25,518 bases of DNA from a virus (lineage: Duplodnaviria; Caudoviricetes): positions 1 to 25,518 of the IMG/VR virus record IMGVR_UViG_3300031804_000014; one strand, given 5' to 3'. The translations under genes and the position numbers were made by a program. The notes under the pieces were generated by a model. That model did no database searches, was not told the origin of the DNA, and worked only from the letters and a program-made list of their open reading frames with translations. Of this stretch, positions 1 to 9,137 are shown piece after piece. The stretch's first letter is position 1. Every line of letters begins with the position of its first letter.

Positions 1-574
1 TTTCTTTTTCGATTCGGGCAATATGGCGTTCATCTAGAATACCATTATCCCATATCCACTCTTTTCCTTCCATAATACCATTGACAAATGCCGCTGGTGC
101 AGAAGGATCGGCAACAATATCTGCAGCTGTTGCAAGATAAAAATCATCTTGTACGTGACTACAATTGCGACCCACAGGCTTTAAGGAGCCCATTCCTCTG
201 GATGAGACACCCAAACGGGCACCCTCATCGATAAGGTTCTTTACAATTTTACCATAAGGAGTATCCATAATCTTGGCTCGACCTACGTAATTGTCTCCAT
301 CCTCTTTAAGTTCTTGTATCATGTGGGAGACTCTTTCCAAATTGACAGTCGGTCCTTCTGGATGTCCTAGTTCTCCAAACGCTCTGTTTTGTAGAATATA
401 ATTTTGGTGATATCTCTTAGCTTCTTTTTGTAATATTGCTTTTGGATATACTCGACCATTGCGATTCTTCACATTGGCCTGCATGAATACACCCTCAATG
501 AAATAATTTTTTGATTTTCCGGCGCCTTCACATATAAATTCTACATCTTCTAATTGTTCGCATATAAGTCTCAT
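1..574 (-). CDS. g21: T4-like prohead core protease gp21 (3' end runs off the window)
   Basis: Not in the ORF track; read manually from ATG at 574: MRLICEQLEDVEF...YFIEGVFMQANVKNRNGRVYP...AFGELGHPEGPTVNLERVSH...LGVSSRGMGSL...DIVADPSAPAAFV. These are gp21 motifs. AGGAGA RBS at 581-586 (minus strand). Confidence 0.95.
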   Translation of the reverse strand, partial: MRLICEQLEDVEFICEGAGKSKNYFIEGVFMQANVKNRNGRVYPKAILQKEAKRYHQNYILQNRAFGELGHPEGPTVNLERVSHMIQELKEDGDNYVGRAKIMDTPYGKIVKNLIDEGARLGVSSRGMGSLKPVGRNCSHVQDDFYLATAADIVADPSAPAAFVNGIMEGKEWIWDNGILDERHIARIEKE

Positions 575-587
575 TAAATTTCTCCTA

Positions 588-1307
588 TCATGTGAAATTA
601 CCTTTTAAGTAGTCTACTTTATAGCCCAATGAAGTATTTTCTTCATATGCTGGGATGTCAAAGCCTGGTGCTTGTTTCTTCAATTCCATTATAATCGTAT
701 ATGAATCACCAGATGCATGTCCGGTTGTGGAAAATTGAATATCACCCAAAACTTCAGAAGAATCTCCAGTTGCGTTTATTCCAATTCCCGGCCATTCATT
801 TCCTGGCATAGACCAACTTCCATTACCTGATAATTCTGCAATATATTTTTCTGCTGTAGATCCGTCCCATTCAATTGCAACTTGTAGGCCATTTGTAATC
901 CACATTATTTTAGTAACTAATACATTCCACTCTAGGCCCGTCAAGTTACCACTATTTGCAAGAGTTCTTGTATTAGCTCCTGATACTGCACCACTAATTG
1001 CATCTCCATTGGAACTGGTAGTTAGGATACTTGTTGCTTTTTTGTTCGTATTATCCCATCCAACAACTTCTACTGTGGATGCACCGGCTGTAAAACCTGT
1101 AACAAGAAAATGTTCAGTAGCAGCGGTTGTTATTACTTCGCCAATCTTAAAATTTGGACTTGCCGCTCCAGAAAGCGTCATAGTATGTTTCGCCCAAGCG
1201 AGTGTCGATAAATCTACTTTCTTAACATCTGATTCTGATGCATCAGAAAAAAACTTCATAATCACTTTACGTTCTGAATCTAATAGCGTTTGTGTTTCAG
1301 CTGCCAT
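588..1307 (-). CDS. Conserved-type hypothetical virion/head-region protein with an inserted FxxGExIT module
   Basis: 239-aa ORF between the g67-like gene and g21. The N-terminus (TQTLLDSERKVIMKF...KKVDLSTL) and C-terminus (GDIQFSTTGHASGDSYTIIMELKK) resemble a common marine-phage structural family. Function not assignable. Confidence 0.6.
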   Translation of the reverse strand: MAAETQTLLDSERKVIMKFFSDASESDVKKVDLSTLAWAKHTMTLSGAASPNFKIGEVITTAATEHFLVTGFTAGASTVEVVGWDNTNKKATSILTTSSNGDAISGAVSGANTRTLANSGNLTGLEWNVLVTKIMWITNGLQVAIEWDGSTAEKYIAELSGNGSWSMPGNEWPGIGINATGDSSEVLGDIQFSTTGHASGDSYTIIMELKKQAPGFDIPAYEENTSLGYKVDYLKGNFT

Positions 1308-1509
1308 CTGTTACTTCCTCTTGACTTTCCGGCTCTTTCGAGTCTGTATTCGGTTTAGTTAAAAAAGTTTTAGCGAAATCCTTTTTCTTACTTTCTAATG
1401 ATACCATCACTTTTTGTTGAAGTACATCACCTATTGCGGTCTTTACTCCTGCAGCATCATCTGATCTAGAAAATGCTACGATATCACCAATTGTAGTTTC
1501 ATTAGACAT
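1297..1509 (-). CDS. Small acidic prohead core protein, gp67-like by position
   Basis: 70 aa, directly downstream of g20, predicted helical with an acidic tail, preceded by AGAGGA and tandem late promoters. Confidence 0.55.
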   Translation of the reverse strand: MSNETTIGDIVAFSRSDDAAGVKTAIGDVLQQKVMVSLESKKKDFAKTFLTKPNTDSKEPESQEEVTDGS

Positions 1510-1533
1510 AAATTTCCTCTATTATTTCTGTTA

Positions 1534-1550
1534 TATTTATACTATTTATA
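1534..1550 (-). promoter_or_regulatory. Tandem T4-type late promoters (TATAAATA x2)
   Basis: Plus-strand tatttata at 1534-1541 and 1543-1550 reads TATAAATAGTATAAATA on minus, upstream of the g67-like gene. Confidence 0.8.
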
Positions 1551-1554
1551 AATT

Positions 1555-3132
1555 TTAGTTACTAATCACCTTTAAGTCTGGCTTGTTTGCTGAAGGATCA
1601 AATTCCCATTGTTGATCTTCTGATTCTCCTCCACCTTCAGCGGCCGCAGCTTCCGCTTTCTCTGCTGCAATCTGTTCTTTCATATTGTCAATTTCTTCTT
1701 GAGACAATTTAAGAACGTGCTTATTGATATATTCTTGAGAGAAATATTTACCAACAACTTCATCTCTATATCCCATATCATTTACTAATGTACCTAACCG
1801 TTCTCTCATCATTGTTGCTTGTTGTAGTTCCGCAAAATGTGAATCCGATTCCCACTCGTATATTATATTATCCCTTACAATTCCCCAATCCACAGAAGAA
1901 ACAATTCCCTTGAGTAATAACTGTTTCTCTATGAGATCATTGAACAAAATATTAAATCGGGCTCTCAATCTTTCAATAAAACGTGTAAATTTAACTTCAT
2001 CTCTAGAAATTTCTTCAGCTCGTCCTAGTATAAAGCCTGAATCTTGTTCTAACCTTGAGGGGGGAACATTGAGTGCTTTGTATAGTTTTGTTTTGAAGTA
2101 ATCAACATCAGCCAATTCACCAAGATTCTCCCCTCCCGGCAACGTAGAAATCTCTGTACCTCTTCCACCTTCTCTTCGTGGAAGCCAATAATCCTCTAAC
2201 ATACTCATGTGCTTACGTTCATCTTTAATCTCACCAGTATTGGAATCATATACCAATTTGTTTTTATATTTGCTCATGATATCACGTAGATACTGTTCCG
2301 CTTTGATCTTAGGTAAGTTACCAACATCAATGTAGAAAATTCTACGTTCAGGAGCACGTGAAATACGATAGATAACTACCGCATCTTCTAACATTCGTAA
2401 TTGATTTAAGGGTTTGATTGCTTTATGTAGATGACTTAAAACTAATTTTCTATCGGGATCTAATATACCAGAATGTGCATAAGAGATAGAATCAGCTGCA
2501 ATTTGAACTGTCATACCTCCAGATTGAGCGGTAGAAATTCCTCTTTCATTAAATAAGTAATACTCTTGAAATCCAGAAGTATCTATCACTGCTGTGCCGT
2601 GTGCATCTTGAGCAACTTTTGGTTCTCTAACCTTTTTTATTTTTAGGGGATCTATTGAGCGTAGTTCTAATATACCACGTTTGGGGTTTTTATTATCAAT
2701 GATAATGTGAAAATACAATCTACCATCAACATACCACTTTTTAAACATTTCATAACCAACTTTACGAAAATCGAGCAAACGAATCAGTTCTTTAAATTCG
2801 TACTTTACCTTTTCTTTAATATCATCTGATAGATTTGATTTTTCTAGGCTAATGCTGACAGGAGAGTTTTCCCTATTTGTAACAACGGCCTCATTAACAA
2901 CATCATCTATTGCTTGATCACATTCAGGAAATGTAGCCATCTCCCTATATTTTCTAATTAATTCTAATTCATTTTTGGCATGACCTTCCATGTCAACATA
3001 CGTACCGTATGCTCCACCGGAGGGGCCAATTTCAACTGCTCCGTCTTCTGGATCAGGAAGTGCAAAAGATTCTTTATTCTTTGCGTCCTTGTCAACTCTT
3101 CCTATAGAAAATCCAAATAATTCAACTGCCAT
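1555..3132 (-). CDS. g20: Portal vertex protein gp20
   Basis: WYVDGR, HLHKAIKPLNQLRMLEDAVVIYRISRAPERRIFYIDVGNLPKIKAEQYL, MLEDYWLPRREGGRGTEISTLPGG. Confidence 0.98.
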   Translation of the reverse strand: MAVELFGFSIGRVDKDAKNKESFALPDPEDGAVEIGPSGGAYGTYVDMEGHAKNELELIRKYREMATFPECDQAIDDVVNEAVVTNRENSPVSISLEKSNLSDDIKEKVKYEFKELIRLLDFRKVGYEMFKKWYVDGRLYFHIIIDNKNPKRGILELRSIDPLKIKKVREPKVAQDAHGTAVIDTSGFQEYYLFNERGISTAQSGGMTVQIAADSISYAHSGILDPDRKLVLSHLHKAIKPLNQLRMLEDAVVIYRISRAPERRIFYIDVGNLPKIKAEQYLRDIMSKYKNKLVYDSNTGEIKDERKHMSMLEDYWLPRREGGRGTEISTLPGGENLGELADVDYFKTKLYKALNVPPSRLEQDSGFILGRAEEISRDEVKFTRFIERLRARFNILFNDLIEKQLLLKGIVSSVDWGIVRDNIIYEWESDSHFAELQQATMMRERLGTLVNDMGYRDEVVGKYFSQEYINKHVLKLSQEEIDNMKEQIAAEKAEAAAAEGGGESEDQQWEFDPSANKPDLKVISN

Positions 3133-3153
3133 ACATTCTTCCTAATAGGTGAA

Positions 3154-3179
3154 ATGGGAGTGGATTGCACCACTCCCAT
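3154..3179 (-). terminator. GC-rich stem-loop between g19 and g20 (terminator/attenuator or stabilising hairpin)
   Basis: Perfect 10-bp inverted repeat atgggagtgg (3154-3163) / ccactcccat (3170-3179), 6-nt loop. Only a short U-run follows on minus. Confidence 0.65.
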
Positions 3180-3215
3180 ATAAAATTGTTTTCTTCATAA
3201 TAAATCAAATAATTA

Positions 3216-3770
3216 TTAGTTACCAGCGACAGTTCCACCAGATTCGTTTAAACCTATCCAATAATTATATTCCCATGTTATAGCAAAGGTTTGAATTTCA
3301 TTAGTTTCCCATGATAGAGGAACTTCTGCACAAGAGGAGGGCCAGGCATCAATAAATTCATAAGTTTTAACTGCTCCCTGATCTTCTTTTGAAAGCTGTT
3401 TAACCGTCAATTTACCAGTATACTTAGTGACAGCGGACATACCTGTTTGTCTACTATTCGTTCTATGAGAATTAATCTTCTCCATCCAGTTTTCAATATG
3501 ATTTCTGATTTCCATCCCCTCATCATTATAAACATCTGTATTTAATTGTTGTGCGGCTCTATTACCAGGAATTTGTAAAGCTCTTCCCATGTATGTAATA
3601 GTTCCCGCCTCTATGGTTGAAGCTGGGAGCACTGCACCTTTACACATAAATTTAAAGTCTGCAATAGTCATCCCTGTACCTTTAGCGGCATCAAGGCTAC
3701 ATTCAAATAAACTTCCTAATGCACCACCTCTTTTGAAATTTGAGGTAAATGTGTCGATGTTAAATGACAT
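3216..3770 (-). CDS. g19: Tail tube protein gp19
   Basis: FMCKGAVLPASTI...YMGRALQIPGNR...IRNHIENW...YEFIDAWPS...LSWETNEIQTFAITWEYNYW; lies between g18 and g20. Confidence 0.93.
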   Translation of the reverse strand: MSFNIDTFTSNFKRGGALGSLFECSLDAAKGTGMTIADFKFMCKGAVLPASTIEAGTITYMGRALQIPGNRAAQQLNTDVYNDEGMEIRNHIENWMEKINSHRTNSRQTGMSAVTKYTGKLTVKQLSKEDQGAVKTYEFIDAWPSSCAEVPLSWETNEIQTFAITWEYNYWIGLNESGGTVAGN

Positions 3771-3778
3771 TGTTTTTT

Positions 3779-3866
3779 TCTCCGATGACTAAAATTAAAG
3801 ATGTGATGGGGAAGTCTTTTTTACAAGTACTTCCTTCGAAAGTCATCGTCTTCCCCCATCTTTTAA
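3779..3866 (-). promoter_or_regulatory. Structured 5' leader of g19 (possible pseudoknot overlapping the Shine-Dalgarno)
   Basis: Two crossing complementary pairs: 3850-3860 with 3805-3814, and 3841-3848 with 3783-3790. The second pair reaches the GGAGA SD at 3779-3783. Confidence 0.5.
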
Positions 3867-3867
3867 A

Positions 3868-3875
3868 TATTTATA
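3868..3875 (-). promoter_or_regulatory. T4-type late promoter for g19
   Basis: TATAAATA on minus at 3868-3875; a GATAAATA variant at 3882-3889. Confidence 0.8.
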
Positions 3876-3891
3876 TACTATTATTTATCGG

Positions 3892-6081
3892 TTATCCACC
3901 GGTAATTTCTTCAAATTCAACACCGCTTCTAACTGCAACAAATTGTAGTTGTATGAAGTTAATTGAACGAGATGGTTTTATATAGATGTCTCCACGAAAT
4001 TCGTTTCGATCTACTACATCTCCGGGATTATTACCCTCATCACAAACAACTGAAAAGTCTTGAACTCCACCTCTCCCTTGAATATCTCTCAAGAAAGGTT
4101 CAACAGTTGCAACGAACCTAGATCGTGTAAATGCATCGTTGAATTCAAACAAGAAGGAATTGGCCATAATCGCGATTGATTTTTCCAAAAGGATAAACAG
4201 TCGTCTTACGTTAATACGATCAAATGCACTTGGTTTTGCTAATAATGTTTTATCCCCAAAAAGAAGTATTCCACTTCCCGGCATTGCTGTAACAGGATTA
4301 ATACCATTTTTATAAAGATCATCCCTTTGTGTCTTATTTGGACTAAAAGGAAGTTTAATGGCATTACGAATATTACCACGATCTATTCCTGCTGGTGACC
4401 AGAAGGGATCACGTGCTTCATCTGTAAAGGCACAACATCCTGCAACATCCCCATTTAATGGAACATATCTGAACACATCATTGTACTTATCATACATGTA
4501 TTTCCATCCAGAGTCAAGTACTGCGTATGAAGAACTTGGCATTGAATTACGGAAAGATATAACGTCATTAACTTCGCTTCCTGAGTTATTAACAACATTT
4601 GCTTGTGTAGGTGAAATAAATGCCACACAATCCTTACGATATTCGGCAATATTATTAATTGCATAAATGGCTGTTGCTGCATCGGCATCACCAGTCATCA
4701 GTAGTGTTACATCTACTTCTTCAGTATTTTTGTATTCATCAAGAGCGGTTTGAATATTACCAGCAGTTGCTGCAGTTCCTGCAGTTCCACCAGTTAGACT
4801 TCCAGAAACGATAATTCCTTTAGCGTTAAATGTACCACTCGCGACTCCACCCCAATCGGTTGTTCCACCATCAAGAAGTGCATCTGCATCACCATCTGGG
4901 TGATGATCCATCCAACGGAGATACTTTGAACCTCTATTAACTAAATCTTTGTAATAGATACTCTGTCCATCTTCACCTTTGGCTCCACCGGCAACTGATC
5001 CTGTATATGATTCCACTACAGTATTGTTTGCTCCAGTAAATTCTCCATCTTCATCTACAACAGCAATATGAATCTCATCATAGTTTCCGCTATTTCGTTT
5101 GGCATGAGATGAGGTAACGGGCTCACTATCGAATGCGTCTGCATATTCCCATCTTCGTGAATGAGTGTTTGCGACTGCTGCAGCAACAAAAGGTACTGTA
5201 ACTGTCATGGAAGTTGAATTAGCAATTGCCGAAATCTTACGTTCTTCATTGATTCCAACAAGTTTAACAAGATCACCTACAGTATATTGAGTATCAAGTG
5301 CTGTAGATGTTCCTGTTATTGTGCTTCCATTAGCTGAACAAGCAACTGTTCCAATCATTTGAGCTGCGGGTTCACCGAATGCTGATCTTTTCTTACGAGT
5401 AGCGGCAGCTCCGCTGGCCATACTTGCGGCACCGATTGCCTGACATTCTATATCGGATGTAACTGTAGTGATTACAGCATATTTACTATCAAACCAAATA
5501 ACATCACCAACAGAAAGTTCAGCACGAAAAGTTGTTCCTACTCCTGTAAGAGTAGTATTTCCAACTGCATATACAATAGAAGTTCCAACTGTAAGCGAAA
5601 CATCTGTATTACTGTTAAGTGTTCCATCATTATTTGTATTTGCTCTTGTGGCACCACACATGGAAACTCTTAAACTGTTTCCAAGATCTCCTGGATATTT
5701 TGCAATGAATGCTCCAGCAGTGGTGACTAGTGATCCGCCCATGTCTGGGTCGTATGTATTCTCATAGTGTTCATCATTTTTTACTTGTAGTGCGGTGGTC
5801 ATTGCTGCATTATTTGCATCTGTTCCACTTGCACGAACTACTTTAAGATTTCCCGAATATGCGAGATAACTTGCAGCAGTGAAAAATGTTTTATATGTGG
5901 CTGCGTTTGGTTTACCAAAGCGACTTGTTAATTCTGATTCATTACTGACTGTAACGCGATCATACGTAGGTCCCCACTTAAAAGGACCGGCGATTGCGCC
6001 TTCTGTCATAGAAATTTCAGGTACAATAGTTGTTAAGTCAATTTCTTTGGTTACAACGCCTGGACTAATTGTAAAAGGCAT
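3892..6081 (-). CDS. g18: Tail sheath protein gp18 with inserted accessory domains
   Basis: MPFTISPGVVTKEIDLT, GPFKWGP, AKYPGDLGNSLRVS, YDKYNDVFRYVPLNGDVAG, SAFDRINVRRLF, YIKPSRSINFIQLQFVAVRSGVEFEE. Confidence 0.98.
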   Translation of the reverse strand: MPFTISPGVVTKEIDLTTIVPEISMTEGAIAGPFKWGPTYDRVTVSNESELTSRFGKPNAATYKTFFTAASYLAYSGNLKVVRASGTDANNAAMTTALQVKNDEHYENTYDPDMGGSLVTTAGAFIAKYPGDLGNSLRVSMCGATRANTNNDGTLNSNTDVSLTVGTSIVYAVGNTTLTGVGTTFRAELSVGDVIWFDSKYAVITTVTSDIECQAIGAASMASGAAATRKKRSAFGEPAAQMIGTVACSANGSTITGTSTALDTQYTVGDLVKLVGINEERKISAIANSTSMTVTVPFVAAAVANTHSRRWEYADAFDSEPVTSSHAKRNSGNYDEIHIAVVDEDGEFTGANNTVVESYTGSVAGGAKGEDGQSIYYKDLVNRGSKYLRWMDHHPDGDADALLDGGTTDWGGVASGTFNAKGIIVSGSLTGGTAGTAATAGNIQTALDEYKNTEEVDVTLLMTGDADAATAIYAINNIAEYRKDCVAFISPTQANVVNNSGSEVNDVISFRNSMPSSSYAVLDSGWKYMYDKYNDVFRYVPLNGDVAGCCAFTDEARDPFWSPAGIDRGNIRNAIKLPFSPNKTQRDDLYKNGINPVTAMPGSGILLFGDKTLLAKPSAFDRINVRRLFILLEKSIAIMANSFLFEFNDAFTRSRFVATVEPFLRDIQGRGGVQDFSVVCDEGNNPGDVVDRNEFRGDIYIKPSRSINFIQLQFVAVRSGVEFEEITGG

Positions 6082-6211
6082 CTTATCTCTCCTATAGATA
6101 AAGTTGAAAGATTATGGTTTATAAATTTTCTACCATATTACTTTTATTTATCTTTTTACAGTTCTCTAAAATCATAAATATTAAGTGTTATCATAAATTT
6201 ATAAAGGGCAT

Positions 6212-6712
6212 ATGAATTACAAAGAAACATATAAGCTAATAGACAATAAAAAAATAAAAGAACGATTTCTTAAAAAAGTTGATCGTTCCGAAAAAAATAC
6301 AGAATGTCATATCTGGCTTGCTTCAAAAAATAAAACAGGTCATGGAATGTTTTCTGTAATGGGAAAAACTATTCCTGCTAGTAGATATGCATTTATGATG
6401 TATGGTAATTTCTCATCAATTTCTGGAATGAGAGGTGAACTGACACCCAGTGAAGTAGTAACTCAAACATGCTTTAATCCATCTTGTGTAAATCCCAAAC
6501 ACCTTGAAGTATCCGATAAAAGAAAGATAGGAAAAAGATTATCTATCCGTCCAGACCAATTAGTTACTGGTTCTCTAAGTTTTTTAAACAGATTAAAAAA
6601 GGAAAGACCTGATCTATCTAATAAAATTGAAGATTTAATAACAGAAATAAACAATCCACCTACTGAAGTTAATTTTGCGGATATAGATCCATTTAGTAAT
6701 ATAGCCTCCTAG
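6212..6712 (+). CDS. HNH/His-Me finger endonuclease-like protein, apparently catalytically degenerate
   Basis: RFLKKVD...ECHIWLASKNKTGHGMF...IPASRYAF...VVTQTCFNPSCVNPKHLEV matches the CWxW..GYG..AHR..VxHxCDNPxCVNPxHL pattern, with both early His residues replaced. The only credible plus-strand gene; CATAAATA at 6173-6180 upstream. Confidence 0.75.
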   Translation: MNYKETYKLIDNKKIKERFLKKVDRSEKNTECHIWLASKNKTGHGMFSVMGKTIPASRYAFMMYGNFSSISGMRGELTPSEVVTQTCFNPSCVNPKHLEVSDKRKIGKRLSIRPDQLVTGSLSFLNRLKKERPDLSNKIEDLITEINNPPTEVNFADIDPFSNIAS

Positions 6713-8324
6713 CGTCATCATCCACCGTCCACACAGTACCTTCATTATCCTTAAAGGTTTCCTCTTCCTGTCCATCATCTATAATTCCAAACGGCAACAT
6801 GTCTTGCTCTAGAGTTTCCATTTGTTCTTCCCACATTTTCTTTCGTATATCCATATTTGTTAACTCCTTAAAATATCTCTGTTGTACTAGCCACCCAAAT
6901 ATAACAAGAGTCATTGCTAGATCATCATGTGAACCCTCTTCTGCTTGATATGTATTATTTGTTAAAGCAAAGGTTGTGAGTTCTCTAATTGTTTCAAAAT
7001 CTGGTAAGAGTAATTGATCTTGTTCTATCAAATCTTTTAGAGTTGCACACCCTATCCTCTTGATCTGTTTACTAGTTCTTAATCCTAATTGAATGTTCTT
7101 TGCGAATCCACCACCAATCTGTTGTCCCGCTCTACCTCTCATTGTAATAATCATTATGTTTTCGTACTCTAAATCATAATGTAGAGTATCCGCGACTTGA
7201 GAACCAATATCATTTACCTCAACCAAAACATGAGCCTGATTATACTTATTCCCCACATTGAAAATTACATTTGGATATAACATAGGAGAAATAGTATTAT
7301 CTCTAAATTTTGCTACTTGTTTGTATGGCATTCCGGAAACATCGAATACATTAAATGCAGAATAATCTAAACCCTTTCCTTGAGCAGTATCGGCTACCAA
7401 TGCATATGTATGATTTTTTATTGGTTCTTCATAAACATCTAAATTATTATTAGAATGAATTGGAGTCTTAAATACCAACGTTCTAAGTTTTGATGGAGCA
7501 ATTAATGTATACGTTGATCCCACAAATTCACATTCAAACTCTTGAGTGAACTGTACTTCAGAAGTATTACGTATTGTTTCTTCTTTCCATTTTTCATCAC
7601 GTCCTGGCATCTCTGACCAATGTACTTCAATTGGCACATAATCATTTCTTTTTTCTATCGATTCAATCCACATTTTGTAAAACATATTCATACCAAGTGG
7701 AGTTGAAACAATAAGAACTTTAGTAGATTCACCAGAAGAAATTGTAGGATAAACAGAGGTGAAAAATTGTTCTGCTATGTTTTGTGGTACGTGTGCAAAC
7801 TCATCAAGAAAAATAATATTGAATGAACTACCACGAACAGCTGAACTTGAAGTTGCTGCGGCGATAACCTTAGAGCCGTTCTCTACTTCAATATTACCTT
7901 TGTTCCATACAACCGCACCTTGTTGTAACCACTTAGGTAGATGTTCGTATGCAAGTTGTAATCTTGAAAGAAGTTCTCTCGCCACTGCTCCTTTGTTAGC
8001 AAGGATAGCAACATTAACACTTTCATTGAACAGGATGTAATGAAGTAAAAAACTGATGATCGTAGTAGACTTGCCTGTTTGTCTAGGCATTTTACAGATT
8101 ACAAAACGATTATCATTGAACTTATGTATCATATCTCTTTGATAATCATACATATCAAATGAAACTAAACCCTTATCTACATGAACAATTTTGACATAAC
8201 TCTCTATGAAGTGTTCAGGATTTTCCTTACATTTCATATATTCAGTAAGGGTTTCCTCTGTCCACTCTATTTTTTGTCCAACATTTTTTAAATTGGGGTT
8301 TCCAAGATAATTTTCGCTAGCCAC
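6693..8324 (-). CDS. g17: Terminase large subunit gp17
   Basis: YLGNPNLK, Walker A MPRQTGKST, Walker B IIFLDEFAH, IVSTPLG, nuclease motifs DTAQGKGLDYS and HDDLAM. GTG start. Confidence 0.98.
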   Translation of the reverse strand: MASENYLGNPNLKNVGQKIEWTEETLTEYMKCKENPEHFIESYVKIVHVDKGLVSFDMYDYQRDMIHKFNDNRFVICKMPRQTGKSTTIISFLLHYILFNESVNVAILANKGAVARELLSRLQLAYEHLPKWLQQGAVVWNKGNIEVENGSKVIAAATSSSAVRGSSFNIIFLDEFAHVPQNIAEQFFTSVYPTISSGESTKVLIVSTPLGMNMFYKMWIESIEKRNDYVPIEVHWSEMPGRDEKWKEETIRNTSEVQFTQEFECEFVGSTYTLIAPSKLRTLVFKTPIHSNNNLDVYEEPIKNHTYALVADTAQGKGLDYSAFNVFDVSGMPYKQVAKFRDNTISPMLYPNVIFNVGNKYNQAHVLVEVNDIGSQVADTLHYDLEYENIMIITMRGRAGQQIGGGFAKNIQLGLRTSKQIKRIGCATLKDLIEQDQLLLPDFETIRELTTFALTNNTYQAEEGSHDDLAMTLVIFGWLVQQRYFKELTNMDIRKKMWEEQMETLEQDMLPFGIIDDGQEEETFKDNEGTVWTVDDDARRLYY

Positions 8325-8730
8325 GCTTCGCCTTTAATAGTTTTTGTAATTCGGCAGTAGATCCCACAAAGACTGCATTATTAACATTAACACTACTATT
8401 TGTTTCAATACTTAGTTCTTTTTTGGTTTTATGTAGAGACATTAATTCTTTATTTGCATCTAATCCAGATTTAATTAATTGACCAACTACTTCAAACGCA
8501 CGTGGATGTTCAGATTGTTTAGCAATCTCCAACATCTCTTCTACTGCGTCTTGATTTCTTTCGATTAGATTGTAGTAATTTTCACGGGCATAATTATAAT
8601 CAATGTCATCATGTTTAACATCACTATCAGAATTTGGTTTAATTCTTGATGCAGGCTCCGGCTTTATTTCCGGAGTTGGAACTAAACTTGTAATTTCTAA
8701 TATTTCATCTATACGATCATCTACTGTCAT
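8317..8730 (-). CDS. g16: Terminase small subunit gp16
   Basis: DYNYARENYYNLIE...AKQSEHPRAFEVVGQLIK...NNAVFVGSTAELQKLLK; overlaps the g17 start. Confidence 0.93.
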   Translation of the reverse strand: MTVDDRIDEILEITSLVPTPEIKPEPASRIKPNSDSDVKHDDIDYNYARENYYNLIERNQDAVEEMLEIAKQSEHPRAFEVVGQLIKSGLDANKELMSLHKTKKELSIETNSSVNVNNAVFVGSTAELQKLLKAKRG

Positions 8731-9136
8731 CTTTCTTCTCCTTATCAGGTTCTACATCATCATACCAAGACTGGCCCTGTTCGTTTAAACAATCATTGGC
8801 TAGAGGAGTAATAATATTATGTATTTCTAGAGGTGATTTTTCTAAAAATTGTGTAGGGTTATGTTTTTCCCTAACCTTATCACATATACAAAAACATTGT
8901 TTAGATACATCTATTTCAGTTAATTTTTGGCTGTGTCTTTTATATTTTGTACCAGCTAAAAACTGAATAGCTTCATAACAAGACTTAAATAACAATAAGA
9001 TATCTTCAGTTTTATATACTTCCTTTTGACTTCTTGGAACTATTTCATGTACTACTTGTTGATTCGGATGTGTGTCTGCCAATGCCTCTGTAAAAGAAGC
9101 CAACATTAAAATTACTAAAAGAATCCGAAAAAACAT
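8717..9136 (-). CDS. Hypothetical exported protein with a Sec signal peptide and several Cys
   Basis: MFFRILLVILMLASFTEALA|DTH (basic-hydrophobic-AxA). Five Cys including CFCIC. Tightly packed between g15 and g16. Confidence 0.7.
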   Translation of the reverse strand: MFFRILLVILMLASFTEALADTHPNQQVVHEIVPRSQKEVYKTEDILLLFKSCYEAIQFLAGTKYKRHSQKLTEIDVSKQCFCICDKVREKHNPTQFLEKSPLEIHNIITPLANDCLNEQGQSWYDDVEPDKEKKDDSR

Positions 9137-9137
9137 T

